64,000 nucleotides of DNA from Patescibacteria group bacterium UBA3291. GTDB taxonomy: Bacteria > Patescibacteriota > Gracilibacteria > Absconditabacterales > Absconditicoccaceae. Positions 12,701 through 24,196 of the stretch are shown in pieces. Numbering within the stretch: position 1 is the first letter of the stretch; every line of letters starts with the position of its first letter. The position numbers and the translations under genes were made by a program. The DNA is taken from assembly GCA_002361595.1 (NCBI GenBank), contig DETJ01000039.1:960-64959 (forward strand), in the 5' to 3' direction. The notes under the pieces were generated by a model. The model had not been told where the DNA came from and made no database searches. It worked only from the letters and a program-made list of their open reading frames with translations.

Positions 12701-13261
12701 TGACATTCTACCAATTTTTTCTTTCATATCTTTTGCAATTTCTTTTTCCTGTTCACGATCAGTTTTTCCATCTCATCTTGGTAAAAGTATTTTTAGAAAT
12801 ATAAGTCTTTGTGAATTACAAAATGCATATGCATATCTGAGAAATCTTTTTCAAACTCTAATAAATAAACTTACCAAAAATAATATAAACAAAAATACTA
12901 ATATTCATTTTCATATTAATCATAAGAGATTCAAAATTTGTTCTGGACTCTCAATATTATTAAAATCTACTGCTTCTACAGATGCCTGGAATCGATTTTT
13001 ACCAGATTCTTTTTGGTTTGTTTCAGGTTCTTTTGGTTGGATTTGTTCTTCTTCTTTTTCCATCCATATATTCAAAGTATCCTTTACTGCAACTACACTA
13101 CCATTATTAAAAAAAGATAAACATGCCGATTTATCATCTCATCGTGAGTCATTCATAAGTTTAGAAACATTATCTATTTGAGAAAAACCACCATGAATAA
13201 ACTGGTTGTGAAGTGCTGTTGTACAATTTTCTTGATTAATTTCCATTAATGGTTGGTCCAT
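9764..13261 (-). CDS. VirD4/TraG/TraD-like P-loop ATPase (type IV secretion coupling-protein type) with a large N-terminal membrane-anchored extension
   Basis: Walker A is HHYCIGKSGTGKS and Walker B is FYLYVDEFQNF. ARKYRLGLIMAHQYIAQL is typical of the TraD/TraG C-terminal ATPase domain. The N-terminal roughly 560 aa contain a TM helix (GILVFLFILFLVSLFI) and LKILLPRGDGKTD. I translated all 1165 codons and found only TGA interruptions. Confidence 0.7.
11180..11585 (-). repeat. Four tandem in-frame repeats of about 96-100 nt inside the ATPase gene
   Basis: The encoded units are ENLKPLEECSSKDKKNHNIVEKGGSIFVEV, ETIKILSECSEKEISEHNIIEKDEIIYMKM, ENLKPIIECSEEEKSKNNIVEKDGNIAIKFV and ENILKPISECSEKDLAKNNIVVGEDGKISLNI. 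Confidence 0.8.
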
Positions 13262-13349
13262 AGTTAATAAATTCCACTCTAATTATAATCCAAAATACAA
13301 AAAAAGTCAAAAAAAATCAGACTTTTTGATGGTAGAAAAATTTTATTAA

Positions 13350-13377
13350 TTGACTTTTTATGCTGTTTATATATAAT
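13350..13377 (+). promoter_or_regulatory. Sigma70-like promoter upstream of thyA
   Basis: TTGACT, a 16-nt spacer, then TATAAT, in AT-rich DNA immediately before the GC-rich CDS. Confidence 0.5.
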
Positions 13378-13431
13378 TCCTGCTAATTAAACAAAAACTG
13401 ATTGTCAAACAATAATAAAATTTTTAAATTT

Positions 13432-14226
13432 ATGAAACAGTATTTAGATTTATTACGAAGGATTATGTCCGAAGGTACGGACAAATCTGATCGTACTGGT
13501 ACAGGTACAAGGAGTATTTTTGGACACCAGATGAGATTTGATTTATCTGAAGGATTTCCTCTTCTGACCACAAAAAAGGTTCATCTGAAGTCTATTATCT
13601 ACGAGCTCTTGTGGTTTATTGCTGGCGACACAAATGTGAAATACTTGCAAGACCATGGTGTAACTATTTGGAACGAATGGGCTGATGAAGACGGAGATCT
13701 TGGTCCTGTATACGGCCATCAGTGGCGCAGTTGGCCAGCTCCAGATGGAAGATCTATTGATCAGCTATCCCAAGTTATCGAGACAATCAAGAAGAATCCT
13801 GACTCTCGACGTATGCTTGTAACCGCATGGAATCCTGGCGAAGTAGATGATATGGCTTTACCGCCGTGTCACTGTCTCTTCCAATTCTATGTAGCTAATG
13901 GAAGATTGTCCTGTCAGCTTTATCAACGCAGTGCTGATACATTCCTGGGCGTTCCGTTCAACATTGCATCTTACGCACTCCTAACGATGATGATTGCACA
14001 AGTATGTGGCTATGAACCTGGTGAATTTATTCACACGACAGGAGATACTCACATCTATCTCAACCACTTCGAGCAGGTTGCTACCCAGCTCTCTCGGGAA
14101 CCTCGTCCTCTTCCTCATATGAAGATCAATACAGATGTGAAGTCTATCTTCGACTTCAAGTATGAAGATTTCACTCTGGAGGGATATGATCCTTGGCCGG
14201 CAATCAAAGCACCTGTATCTGTGTAA
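13432..14226 (+). CDS. thyA: Thymidylate synthase (ThyA type)
   Basis: [12 protein letters not shown]...DRTGTGT...LWFIAGDTN...[13 protein letters not shown]...[12 protein letters not shown]...[11 protein letters not shown]...[21 protein letters not shown]. It is intact in the standard code. The track start (TTG at 13402) is replaced by the ATG at 13432. Confidence 0.95.
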   Translation: MKQYLDLLRRIMSEGTDKSDRTGTGTRSIFGHQMRFDLSEGFPLLTTKKVHLKSIIYELLWFIAGDTNVKYLQDHGVTIWNEWADEDGDLGPVYGHQWRSWPAPDGRSIDQLSQVIETIKKNPDSRRMLVTAWNPGEVDDMALPPCHCLFQFYVANGRLSCQLYQRSADTFLGVPFNIASYALLTMMIAQVCGYEPGEFIHTTGDTHIYLNHFEQVATQLSREPRPLPHMKINTDVKSIFDFKYEDFTLEGYDPWPAIKAPVSV

Positions 14227-14251
14227 CTTATCTTACTTTTTTTAGAAAAAA

Positions 14252-14283
14252 CCGTAGGAAGAATCTCTCCTACGGCTTTTTTA
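14252..14283 (+). terminator. Rho-independent terminator of thyA
   Basis: Perfect 8-bp stem CCGTAGGA/TCCTACGG followed by CTTTTTTA. Confidence 0.8.
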
Positions 14284-14295
14284 TTTCAAGAATTT

Positions 14296-14913
14296 TTATG
14301 CAACAGTTAGTCAGAATTTTATATTTCCATTTTCACTTTCAAATGTATCACAGCGTGTGTCTGAGTCTGTACTACCTTCTGAAATATCGATAATCAATGC
14401 TTCTTCTTTTAAAAATTCTGAGAATTCTTTTACGATATTTTTCATATCTTCACTATCTGACTGATAGTGCATATTTACTCTAGCATCTACTGAAAAATCA
14501 GCATCTTTTCTCATTTGATTGAGAAATCTGGAGATTTCACGAGCTGTTCATTCTCTTTTGAGGTCATCTGTGATTTCTAGATCTAATTTTACAATTGTAT
14601 TTCATTCAACTGTAGTATCAGTTCCATCCAATCATTCGTAAACTACTTCGTAGTCAGATTCTTCCAATTTCCATGTATGTCATGCGTTATCAAAAACTTC
14701 AATTCAACCATCCACTTCACGAACGTTTCACTGTTTTCAGTTTGCGATAATTTGTCATGTATCTTTTCCAAATTTAGCAGAAAGCTGACCTCATAGAGGT
14801 TTATATATTTTGGTAATTGGTTTATCTGACTGATAAATGTCTACTTCCTTCACATTGATTTCTTCCTTGATAATATCTCAATATTTGTCTAAAAGCTCTT
14901 TTTCGTTAAGCAT
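14296..14913 (-). CDS. Stand-alone protein resembling the C-terminal module of type-2 isoleucyl-tRNA synthetase (DUF5915-like)
   Basis: IKEEINVKEVDIY...KPITKIYKPLGGQLSAKFGKDTGQI ... VKLDLEITDDLKREGTAREISRFLNQMRKDADFSVDARV matches the IleRS tail pattern (LD..LT.EL..EGLARE..R.IQ..RK.AG..V.DRI). No synthetase body lies upstream. Confidence 0.6.
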
Positions 14914-15054
14914 GATTGGTTAATGAACTGATAAAATTCTGAGTTTTATTATATTAAAGTATCGAATAAATGCAAATGGAATAATCTTGTTTTTTATGAG
15001 CAAAACTTTAAAATTTACTTATTCAGATTTATATTTATTATTTGTGGTAATCAT

Positions 15055-16713
15055 ATGAAATCTATTCTCAAAAATCTGAAAGTCTATAAACTCTGACATG
15101 GATGAATCTGAATTTCATCACTTTCTGATGGAAAAAAAGTTTTGATAAAATGATGAGCTTTGCCTGGAAGTACTGTTGATGTAACTGTAGTAAAAAGGAG
15201 AAAAGATTATATCGAAGCACATATAGTTGAAACTAAGAAATACGATGAAAAAATGGCAGATGGAGAGATTTTTTGTCCTCATTTTTTCATTCCAAAATGA
15301 ATTAGTGAAGCTAATGCGTGAACTGAAAAAATAGGTTGTGGATGATGTAAATGGCAGATGATGAGCTACAATACGCAATTGTGAATTAAACAGCAACTCG
15401 TGGAAGATGCATTCAAAAAGCTGAATAAAAATTTGGAAGAAAAATGAAAAAAAATCCAGATTTTACCTATCATTCCATCTCCATTAGATAAATGATATAG
15501 AAATAAAATTGAGTTTAGCTTTGGAGTTTATAAACAGCAAAATCCTGAATTTCGTCAATGAATCAAAGAATGAAAATCTGAAGAAGAAATTTTGAAAGAG
15601 TGAATTCATAAATATGATATAGATGCTAATCAATGCTGCTGATTTCATAAACAATGAGAATTTGCAAAAATCGTAAATGTAGATAGTTGTGGATTGATAT
15701 CCGAAAAAATGAATCAGATTTATGAAACTATAAAAACTATGTGTTTCAATTCATGATTACCGGTTTTTGATCAGAAAACTCATCAATGATTTTTTCGTCA
15801 TTTAGTAATTCGTGAATGAATTCACACTCAGCAGTTGATGGTAAATCTTTCCATTTCATTTGGAAATTTGGATGCAGAACAGACTAAACTCTGGGAACAA
15901 TTGATGGAAGATTTTCAGAAAAATGAATTTTTGAAAAAAAATGTGACAACATTTGTCATTACGTATAATGAATGATTATCTGATACTGTGAAAAATGACC
16001 AATCTGAAACTAAAGTTTTTTGGTGAGATGGATATATTCATGAACAGCTAAATTTTGTACAAAATAAGAAAAATAAAGATGAAATAGTAGACGAAAATAA
16101 TGAAAATTCTGAACAAGAAGTAAGTAATGAAACTAAATTAACGTTCAGAATTTCTCCGTTTTCTTTCTTTCAAACCAACACTTTATGAGCAGAAAAACTA
16201 TTCTGAACTGCATTCAATATGCTTGGAAATATCGAATGAAATTTATTGGATTTATACTGTGGAGCCGGAAGTATTGGATTATCATTATTGAAGCAAAATA
16301 ACGGAAAAAATAAAGATTCAGAATTAATTTGAATTGAAATTGTGGAAGATGCTATCAGAGATGCAAATGTAAATGCAAGTATAAACTGACTGGAAAATCA
16401 GAGTTTTTTCGTAGCTTCTCCTTGTGAAAAAGTTTTGAATAAATATCCAGAATTGGAAGAAAAAATCAAAAATATCGGAGTGGTAGTTGTAGATCCTCCT
16501 CGTGAATGACTACATCCTAATGTGATTGAATGGATTGGAAAATTAAAGAAAGAATATAAATTCAAACTTCTCTACATTTCATGTAATCCTGTAACTATGG
16601 CGAGAGATATTGAAATGCTAGTAAATGAGCAATGATTTAGTGCAAAGGAAGTGCAACCTGTGGACATGTTTCCTCACACTCACCATATTGAGAATATTTG
16701 TGTTTTAGAATAA
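15055..16713 (+). CDS. RumA/TrmA-family RNA (uracil-5)-methyltransferase with TRAM domain and Fe-S cysteines
   Basis: Motifs: CPHF...CGGCKWQ, FFQTN, DLYCGAGSIG, VDPPREG, YISCNPVTMARD and DMFPHTHHIE. Confidence 0.85.
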
Positions 16714-16719
16714 AATATA

Positions 16720-17331
16720 CTATATAACGAAATTTTCCAATCAATTTGTTATGAATCAATTATTAAGAAAATGTGCAAATAATATAAATATTATTCATAA
16801 AGCATATATTAAAATTCATACATTACGAAGCATTTTGTTTCAGAAAGATAATCATATAAAACATCATGCTATAATAAAAATTCATAAAGAATATGTTGAC
16901 CACATTCAAAGTATCCAACTTTCCTGTGCGGGCAAAACTCCTCTAATAATATCTGTTTGTGTTTCATAATATTTTGAAAATAATCGAAACAAAAGTGAAA
17001 CCTGTGTCCAACAAGTTGATATTAAAATACCTCATATGATAGGATATTTTAAAATAATAAATATTCTTTTTTCTTTTGAAAAAACTTCCTTTAAATCCTG
17101 TTTTTGTAATAATTTATCATTGTTATTATTGTGTTCCTTTACTGTTTTAATAATTTTAAATATATACTTTACAATAAAACATATAATAACTCATAAAAAT
17201 ATCATAATAATTATAGATTTATAAGCGTCTATTAAACCATTTATTGTATATTTAAGTGCATTAGGATTTCATATACTCCTAATAAACATTGATTTGATAA
17301 CTCACAATACATCAATGGGAAATTCAGTCAT
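16720..17331 (-). CDS. Hypothetical multi-pass membrane protein
   Basis: 203 codons without TAA or TAG in very AT-rich DNA, with several hydrophobic segments. Confidence 0.5.
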
Positions 17332-17464
17332 TTTCTGATTATAAAAAATAAAATTACTCTCATAATTATACTAAATAAAACTTTTTTTGTCAAATATTTG
17401 AATACTTTTTCAATTTTGTTAAAATAATATGATATATGTAATATTTAAAAATTTTTTGAAATAA

Positions 17465-18100
17465 ATGAACGAACAATTAGATTTGAGTAAATATCAAGAT
17501 AAAAAACTGATAGCTTTTGATTTATACTGAACTTGTATAGACCACGATTTTGATAATATTAATATGTCTAAAAATTTAAAAGAAATTTTTATGAATAATC
17601 CAGTAACTTTAAAGGATATTCAAGAATGAAAAATAGAAAATGAATGAGTAAAAATCGAACTAACTGATGATTTTATTGAAAAAATAAGACAAGATATTCA
17701 GTCAACTTTTCTATTTCCAGAGACATTAGAAGCTCTAAAATATATCAAATCTAAATGATATCAAACTGCTGTCGTTTCTAATTTGTGAAAAGATTATGCT
17801 CAGCCTTTACATAAATTGATTCCTGAATGAAATTTTGATTATGAAGTTTTATCTTTCGATGTATGAGCAGTAAAACCTGATCCAAAAATCTATGAATACT
17901 TAAAATCACTTTCTTGAATAGATTTCAAAGATATAATTATGATTTGAGACAGTTTAAAAGCTGATGTAATCTGATCAAATAATGTGTGAATTACACCTAT
18001 TCATCTCAATAGAAGTGAAGAATGAATTAAAGAAGTACATAAAAAATGAATAGATTTTATTCAGATTTCTACTTTGACAGATTTGAAAGAAATTTTATAA
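17465..18100 (+). CDS. HAD-superfamily (subfamily IA-like) hydrolase
   Basis: Motifs: FDLYGT (motif I), VVSN (motif II) and IMIGDSLKADVIGSNNVG (motif IV). Confidence 0.75.
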
Positions 18101-18394
18101 ATCTGTATTTGTTAAACTTGAAAATTTTATTCATAATAATTTTCCATCTTCATTAAATTCACATTTGATTTCCTGTTTTGATTTTCATTCATGTTTGATT
18201 CAGCTTATCTCTGTTTTATTTCAAAATTTTTCACTTCATTTCCAGTCAAAACTAGCTTGATCTGATCAATGAGATGTAACCCATTTTTCACATCATACAA
18301 TTTGCTCATCATATGTGGTCAAATTATCGTAATTTTCACATCATAGTAGTAAAGTACTAACCACACAAATAGATAATAAAACTATCTTTTTCAT
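18095..18394 (-). CDS. Small lipoprotein
   Basis: It starts MKKIVLLSICVVSTLLLGC; the lipobox Gly is encoded by TGA. It overlaps the 3' end of the HAD gene by 6 nt (convergent). Confidence 0.55.
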
Positions 18395-18411
18395 TACAAT
18401 ATTAGATATTA

Positions 18412-19386
18412 TTAAATAATAATTTTCTTTTCAACCATCTTTTTACCGTATTTATATACTCCAAATATACGTAAAATTATAAATAATACAAATCAAATAA
18501 TACTAACTACCCAAAGTAAAATCTTAAAAACTCAGACTAACAATAAATATCCAATAACTATTCAAGCAATCTGAATTCATCCACTTTTCTGAGTTTTTTG
18601 TAAAATTGGTAGATAAGATTTACATGTGGATTTTGAGATTTCGTTGGTTATTCAAATAGTTTGGTCTTTTATAGTATTTCTGGTATTTTCAAAAAAATTT
18701 TCCACAGCATCAGCACTGGCTAAATCTTCTGATTTAGATAATGGATTTCATATTGCATAAAACTGTGGTATATTCAGATTTTCTTTTTCATCTTCTTTGA
18801 ATCGTCAAGTTATTTTATTTCGTGTATTTTTGAATGGATTTATAGTAGTTTCTGCTATTTTATTAGGAAACTGCTGAATATCATCACACGTGAATGGAAT
18901 CTGAGTATATTTTCATACCATCAAAACACAGAAAAATATTGTTAATAAACTAATAATAAGAAATCATCACTGTGTGAAATATGAAAATGGAGAAAAATCT
19001 GTATAATGATTTAATTGCCAATCCAAAAGAAATAATAAAGTTCATATTGCTAAGTTAAATAATATTAGTTCTGCTACTAAATACCGTGAAAATCCTAGTA
19101 ATATAATAAAAACTATAGTTTCGGTTAGAAATAGTCAAAATAGAGCTAATAATATATAACTAAATTTTATATTATAACAGTCTAAAGCTATAAAATAAAT
19201 GAGAATAAATAAAATTATAAAACTGATTGCTGGAATTATAAATCATTTTCAGAAAAATAATGATATTGTACAAACTAGATAACTAATCAATCATAATATC
19301 ATAAAAATACTAAGTCTAATTCTAGATTTTGCAGTAAATTCTTTATAATCTTTTGAATTTTCGGTTTGTTTGGTTTTATCTATCAT
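18412..19386 (-). CDS. Hypothetical multi-pass membrane protein
   Basis: 324 codons with only TGA interruptions. There are five or more TM segments. A CGG codon (19084..19086) lies inside a hydrophobic helix. Confidence 0.55.
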
Positions 19387-19394
19387 TTTTTATA

Positions 19395-20291
19395 TTAAAA
19401 ATAAAGTAGTCACATCGCAGAATTTCGTAGTATAATTTCTATAAAAAATCAGATTATCATTGATGGTAAAAATGGAATAGAATTTTTTAATTCGTATGGT
19501 TTTTTAGATTCCTTTATTTTAAAAATATATTTTATTAGATGTTCGATTCAGAAATATAATAATCAAACTCATGAACTCAAAATTATAAATAAACATACCA
19601 AATAACATCGCTCAAAAATTCAGTTAGGCTGTAAGAAAAATACTAACCAGGCTCATAAAATTGGAGCAATAATTACATCTCATAATCAGAATCATTCAGC
19701 ATTTTTTTTGTATTTTTCTTTCACATAAAGTTTGGAACCATAATAAATAAGACCAAAAACTAGAGTAAAAATTCAGATTCATAATAATATATCTAATCTA
19801 TTGGTTCAAAATGTTAATGTGAAAATCAAAGTAATTATTGCCAAAAATACAGTCGCTGTAATATGTAATTCATAAGTTTTTATGTCGTATAAGAATATTA
19901 TTCGAAGTAACCAAGCAGAAATTATGATGAAAATCGTGTAAATATAACCTTCATATAATCAAACATTATGACCCGGAATTCAACTGCTAGAAAATTTAAA
20001 AAATATTATCAAAAATATCAAAACTGTCGTGATTTCTAGGAATGGATAAAATCATGAAATTTTCTTTTTACAATATTCACATTTTCATCACTGAAAAAGC
20101 CACGAAAAAATCGGAATCAAATTTCTAGCAGCTAATTTATGATGACATTTTGGACATTCTGAACGTCAAACCAGAAATCATTTCCAAGTCTCTTTAGTTG
20201 GCCAATCTCATAAACGATAAAATATTACTGAACCAAATGATCCAAACACCAAACCAAAGAAAATTAATGAAATGATTATTAAGGTATACAT
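19395..20291 (-). CDS. pilD: Prepilin (type IV leader) peptidase, A24 family
   Basis: GSFGSVIFYRLGDWP, the zinc-ribbon cysteines RSECPKCHHKL...GGKCEYCKKKIS, LYDIKTYEL, GFGLGDVIIAPILG and IPFLPSMIIG. Confidence 0.85.
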
Positions 20292-20300
20292 AGTCTATTT

Positions 20301-21896
20301 TTAACTATCTAAATATTCCATAGCACATTTATGCAAATTATTACTTTGTATTTTATTGTAATATTTTCTTTCATTATCTGTAAGTTGTGAATTAATTTTT
20401 CCATCTTTTTGTAAAAGATCTTCAAATTTATATCTTCCTATACACTCATCTCGTCTACCTGCTCGAAAACTTGGTGGAGTAAATTTATTATTATCAATAT
20501 CTTCTTTAAATTTATTCATCCATCTTGTAAAATACTCATTTTTCTCGTTTCATACAATCAAGTTATACATATATTTATCTACTTCTTTTTTACAACTATC
20601 ATCTTCCATCATATCTTTTCACGCAACACAATCTAAAACTTTTGCAACTTCTTCAGTTGCAAAACCACCAAATAATCATTGATTAATATAGACTTTATTA
20701 TCAGGATATTCATCATTACCAAATGTTTCTTTATGATATGCATATCGTGTATGCCAAAAGAAAATTTCATCAGTAGTTGATATAACACTATCACATGGAT
20801 TATCTATAGATTTATATGTTAGATAATAACCCCATCATTCTCAATTTCATCCATAATCGTATCAGATATATCCATCTTTATACGGTAAAATATATGACTT
20901 ATTCGTAACATTCCAATCTTCACACTCAATGCCACAATTGATTGAATTATTGTGACAAATAGCCACAACATCATCCAAATTTTCAATGCTTGGAGTTCCC
21001 TCTGGCTTTTTAATGATTTCTGGATCAATTTTTCTGATATACTCATCGTAATAAAAATTTATTGGAAAATGTGTTTCAAAATCTCAATTGAAAACGATTC
21101 AATTAGCATATAATGCTGTAATCACGCTCGTGACATCATCTACTAAATTTTGCAAATTTTCTTGAGAACCATAGTTTCCACTAAAAGTTATCTCATCACA
21201 AACAGATGCTGAACAATACACCTTAATTCATTTTTCAGACAATAATTTGTTTACCAATTCAACGTAGTATTCTTTTTGATAAAAAGGAATCTGATTGTAT
21301 TTTTGTCGCCATATATCAAGTACTTGATTGTAATAATTATTACTATCTACTAAATCATCTTCTGTAAGTCAATTTTGAAATGCAATATCCCTAATTTTAG
21401 TCCTCATTCCTGCCGTCTCCTTATTTATATATTTTTCTTTAAATTCTTTATGTGAAACCAAAAGATCAAAAATAGATTCGGCATTTATTCGTTGCTCATC
21501 CCAATTTTCTTGGCTCAAATCGTTGTATAGAGACTGTAAATAAGATGAATCTATATTTTCACCGTTATCTTTTACATAATCTACTATATCTATAATAGAT
21601 TTATCTCATTCATACAAACACAAAAATGGGCGAGTTTTGTAGTTAAAATATACAGAACCAGTCACAATGGAGTAGTTAAAATAGACTCCAGAGTGATACT
21701 TTATATCTCATGAAAATTCATATTCAGTATTTCAAAATTCATTTTTGACCATATTCTTACAATCTGATATCATTTGCTCTGATGTATCTACATTATAATT
21801 TATATCTTCATTTCCTCTTTCTTCAATTTTTTCAAAACATCAAGTGAATAAAATTCAGCACATTAACAAACTAATCAAAAGCCAGATTTTTTTCAT
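20301..21896 (-). CDS. Hypothetical Cys-containing lipoprotein
   Basis: It starts MKKIWLLISLLMCGILFTGC. The frame runs 531 codons to a TAA stop. No recognisable domain. Confidence 0.6.
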
Positions 21897-21925
21897 AATT
21901 TATCGCATTATGATAATTAAATTAA

Positions 21926-22588
21926 TTATATCTTTAATATTTTTTTCAAAATTTCTATACTATTATTCATAGCAAATTCCAAATTACTATACAATCAACC
22001 ACAAGCGTCATTATTTGCTCAATCTGAAATAGATTTTATAATCACTGTATTATCCAAAATTCAAAATTCACGAGCTACACTAGCTACCGCATAAGCTTCC
22101 ATTTCAGCAATATCTGCTCAAGTATTATTTCTCAATTGATTACATCTATCAGCATCATCTATAAATTGATCTCATGTCACACATATTCCATTTTCATGAA
22201 ATCAAAAATTAAATTCACTTGGATTTATTCATGACTCAAAATTAATTTTTATCTTTCATTTTGCATATTCTAAATCTCATGGAAGTGGGAGATACATATC
22301 ATGCTGTATAATTTCTTTAATAAGAAAAACATCTCAAATTCTGACATTATTTCCATTTAGATTTCATGCAACTCAGATATTCACAAGACAATCAATTCAA
22401 TATTCTGTACAAAGTACAGAACTTCATATACTTGCTTGAATTTTTCACATTCACGTAGATGCCAATGTATATCAATCTTTTTCATAAATTTTAATATTTT
22501 TATAGGACTTGGATAGTTTTAATCACAAAAAATCTATTATAATCTGAGCTTCGGGTTCCATGGCGGTAACTATTCAGATTTTTTTCAT
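21926..22588 (-). CDS. mtnN: 5'-methylthioadenosine/S-adenosylhomocysteine nucleosidase
   Basis: MKKIGIVTAMEPEAQ, STGMGKIQASIGSSVL, VNIGVAGNL, and AEMEAYAVASVAREFGILDNTVIIKSISDGA. Confidence 0.85.
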
Positions 22589-22632
22589 TTATGTTTATGA
22601 ACTAATAAAATCAAATAAAGCAAATATAAAAT

Positions 22633-22953
22633 TTATGATATAGTAACAGCTGTTCATGATGCTGTAACCATTAACATACTACCTTTATTTCATAGTACCT
22701 CATAATCAATATCGATACCAACGACTGCATTAGCACCTTTTTCCATTGCACGTTTTGTTAATTCTTCTAGAGCTGTTTGACGAGCTTTTATTAATTCTTC
22801 CTCATAAGAACCAGAACGACCTCATATCATATCACGTATACTCGCAAAAAAATCTTTAAATAAATTAACACCACTAATCACTTCACCAAATACTATACCA
22901 TGGTATTTTGTAATTTTTTTTCATTCTACCATAGGTGTTGTCGTTAAAATCAT
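22633..22953 (-). CDS. YbjQ/UPF0145-family protein
   Basis: [54 protein letters not shown]...[15 protein letters not shown]...MLMVTASGTAV. Confidence 0.8.
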
Positions 22954-22980
22954 GATTATATAATTTTAAAATATAAAAAT

Positions 22981-24024
22981 CTATTTACTCATATAAATAG
23001 TCTGAGAAGGAAATGCAAATTCTATTCATTCTTTTTCAAAATTTTCTATCAATTCTAGATAAATCTTTTCATTTATTTTTAAACTTGCTTCATAGTCTGG
23101 ATTCAGAATATTATAACTCATCAGAAAGTTTATACTAAAATCTCACATTTTTTCTAAATAACATCGTTCATATTCTACATCTTTCTGTTTTGAAACTATA
23201 TCTTTGATAATTTCTGGAATAATTTTCAGCTTTTTTATTCATGTATCATAAGTTACTCAAATAGAAATTCTCTGTCTTCTACTTTTCATAGTTCTGTAAT
23301 TAATTACTTCAGTAGCAAGAATATTACTATTTGGAACTATAACTTGCTGTCACTGAACTGTCTGAATCGTAGTAGATTTGAGAGAAATCTGTTTTACTGT
23401 TCAGATTTTTTCGCTACTTCATTCTCAGATTTTGATATAATCACCAACTATAAATGGTTTGCTGAGAATTATAGAAAAAGAAGAAAATAAATCTGTCAGA
23501 ATATTCTGTAATGCAAATGCAACTGCGATTCAAGCAATTCCAAATCACGCTAAAACTGGAGTTAAATCTACTCAAATATTAGTCAAAAATACAAAAATTC
23601 ATAAAGCCCAAACTATAACAGTCACGATAGTTTCTACAGATTTTTTAGCCGTTTTGTCTTTACGAAAGAATTTTTCTAATGAAAAATCTACACATTTTAT
23701 AATCACTTTTATCGCAAATATCGTAACTATTCATAGGAACACAGATTTTAATATATATTTTATATTTTCAGGAAAAGTTAAGAAACTGATGGCTATATAT
23801 ATTTCCATTGCTACAAAAAGACATTTTGGAAATTTATTCATAATTTTACTCAAATATTGAATCCATTTTTTTTCAGATTCTTTTTCAGTAAGTGAATCTA
23901 ATTTTTTTAGAAATAAATCCACTACAAAATATAAAATTACAAATATCAATACTGATAAAACTATCATTCATATAGTATTTCAGTAAACAACTGTATTCAT
24001 GATATTAGATATAGAATCTGGCAT
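22981..24024 (-). CDS. MscS-family mechanosensitive channel
   Basis: TM helices are followed by LQNILTDLFSSFSIILSKPFIVGDYIKIGE...GTVKQISLKSTTIQTVQGQQVIVPNSNI. Confidence 0.85.
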
Positions 24025-24060
24025 TTTTTTATTTTAATATGGAATAAATTATTTATTTAT

Positions 24061-24190
24061 GTCATTCTGAATGAAACGGAGTGAAATAAAGAATCTTATG
24101 TGTTGTGTGTGATACGCCTAAGATCCTTCACATTCGTTCAGGATGACTATATGATGTAATATGGATTCTTCGCTGTCGCTCAGAATGACG
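24061..24190. repeat. Cluster of three REP-like units (GGATTCTTCG-N-CTCAGAATGAC family), one inverted relative to the other two
   Basis: Units: 24061..24095 gtcattctga...aaagaatc; 24121..24147 agatccttcacattcgttcaggatgac; 24163..24190 ggattcttcgctgtcgctcagaatgacg. The same unit recurs at 33997..34066 and inside the giant gene. Confidence 0.7.
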
Positions 24191-24196
24191 TGAAAA

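Noticed and set aside
12609-13181. 190-aa plus-strand ORF, with a nested ORF at 12938..13120.
   Set aside because: It is antisense to the N-terminal part of the VirD4-like ATPase gene, whose frame is continuous and has recognisable features. The product is low-complexity Phe/Ser/Ile-rich.
9764-13261. Calling the VirD4-like gene part of an integrative conjugative element or prophage.
   Set aside because: No integrase, relaxase, VirB4, att-like repeats or phage structural genes are visible in the window. The flanks are ordinary chromosomal genes and tRNAs.
23459-23860. 133-aa plus-strand ORF.
   Set aside because: It is antisense to the MscS-family channel gene, which has clear family motifs in the opposite frame.
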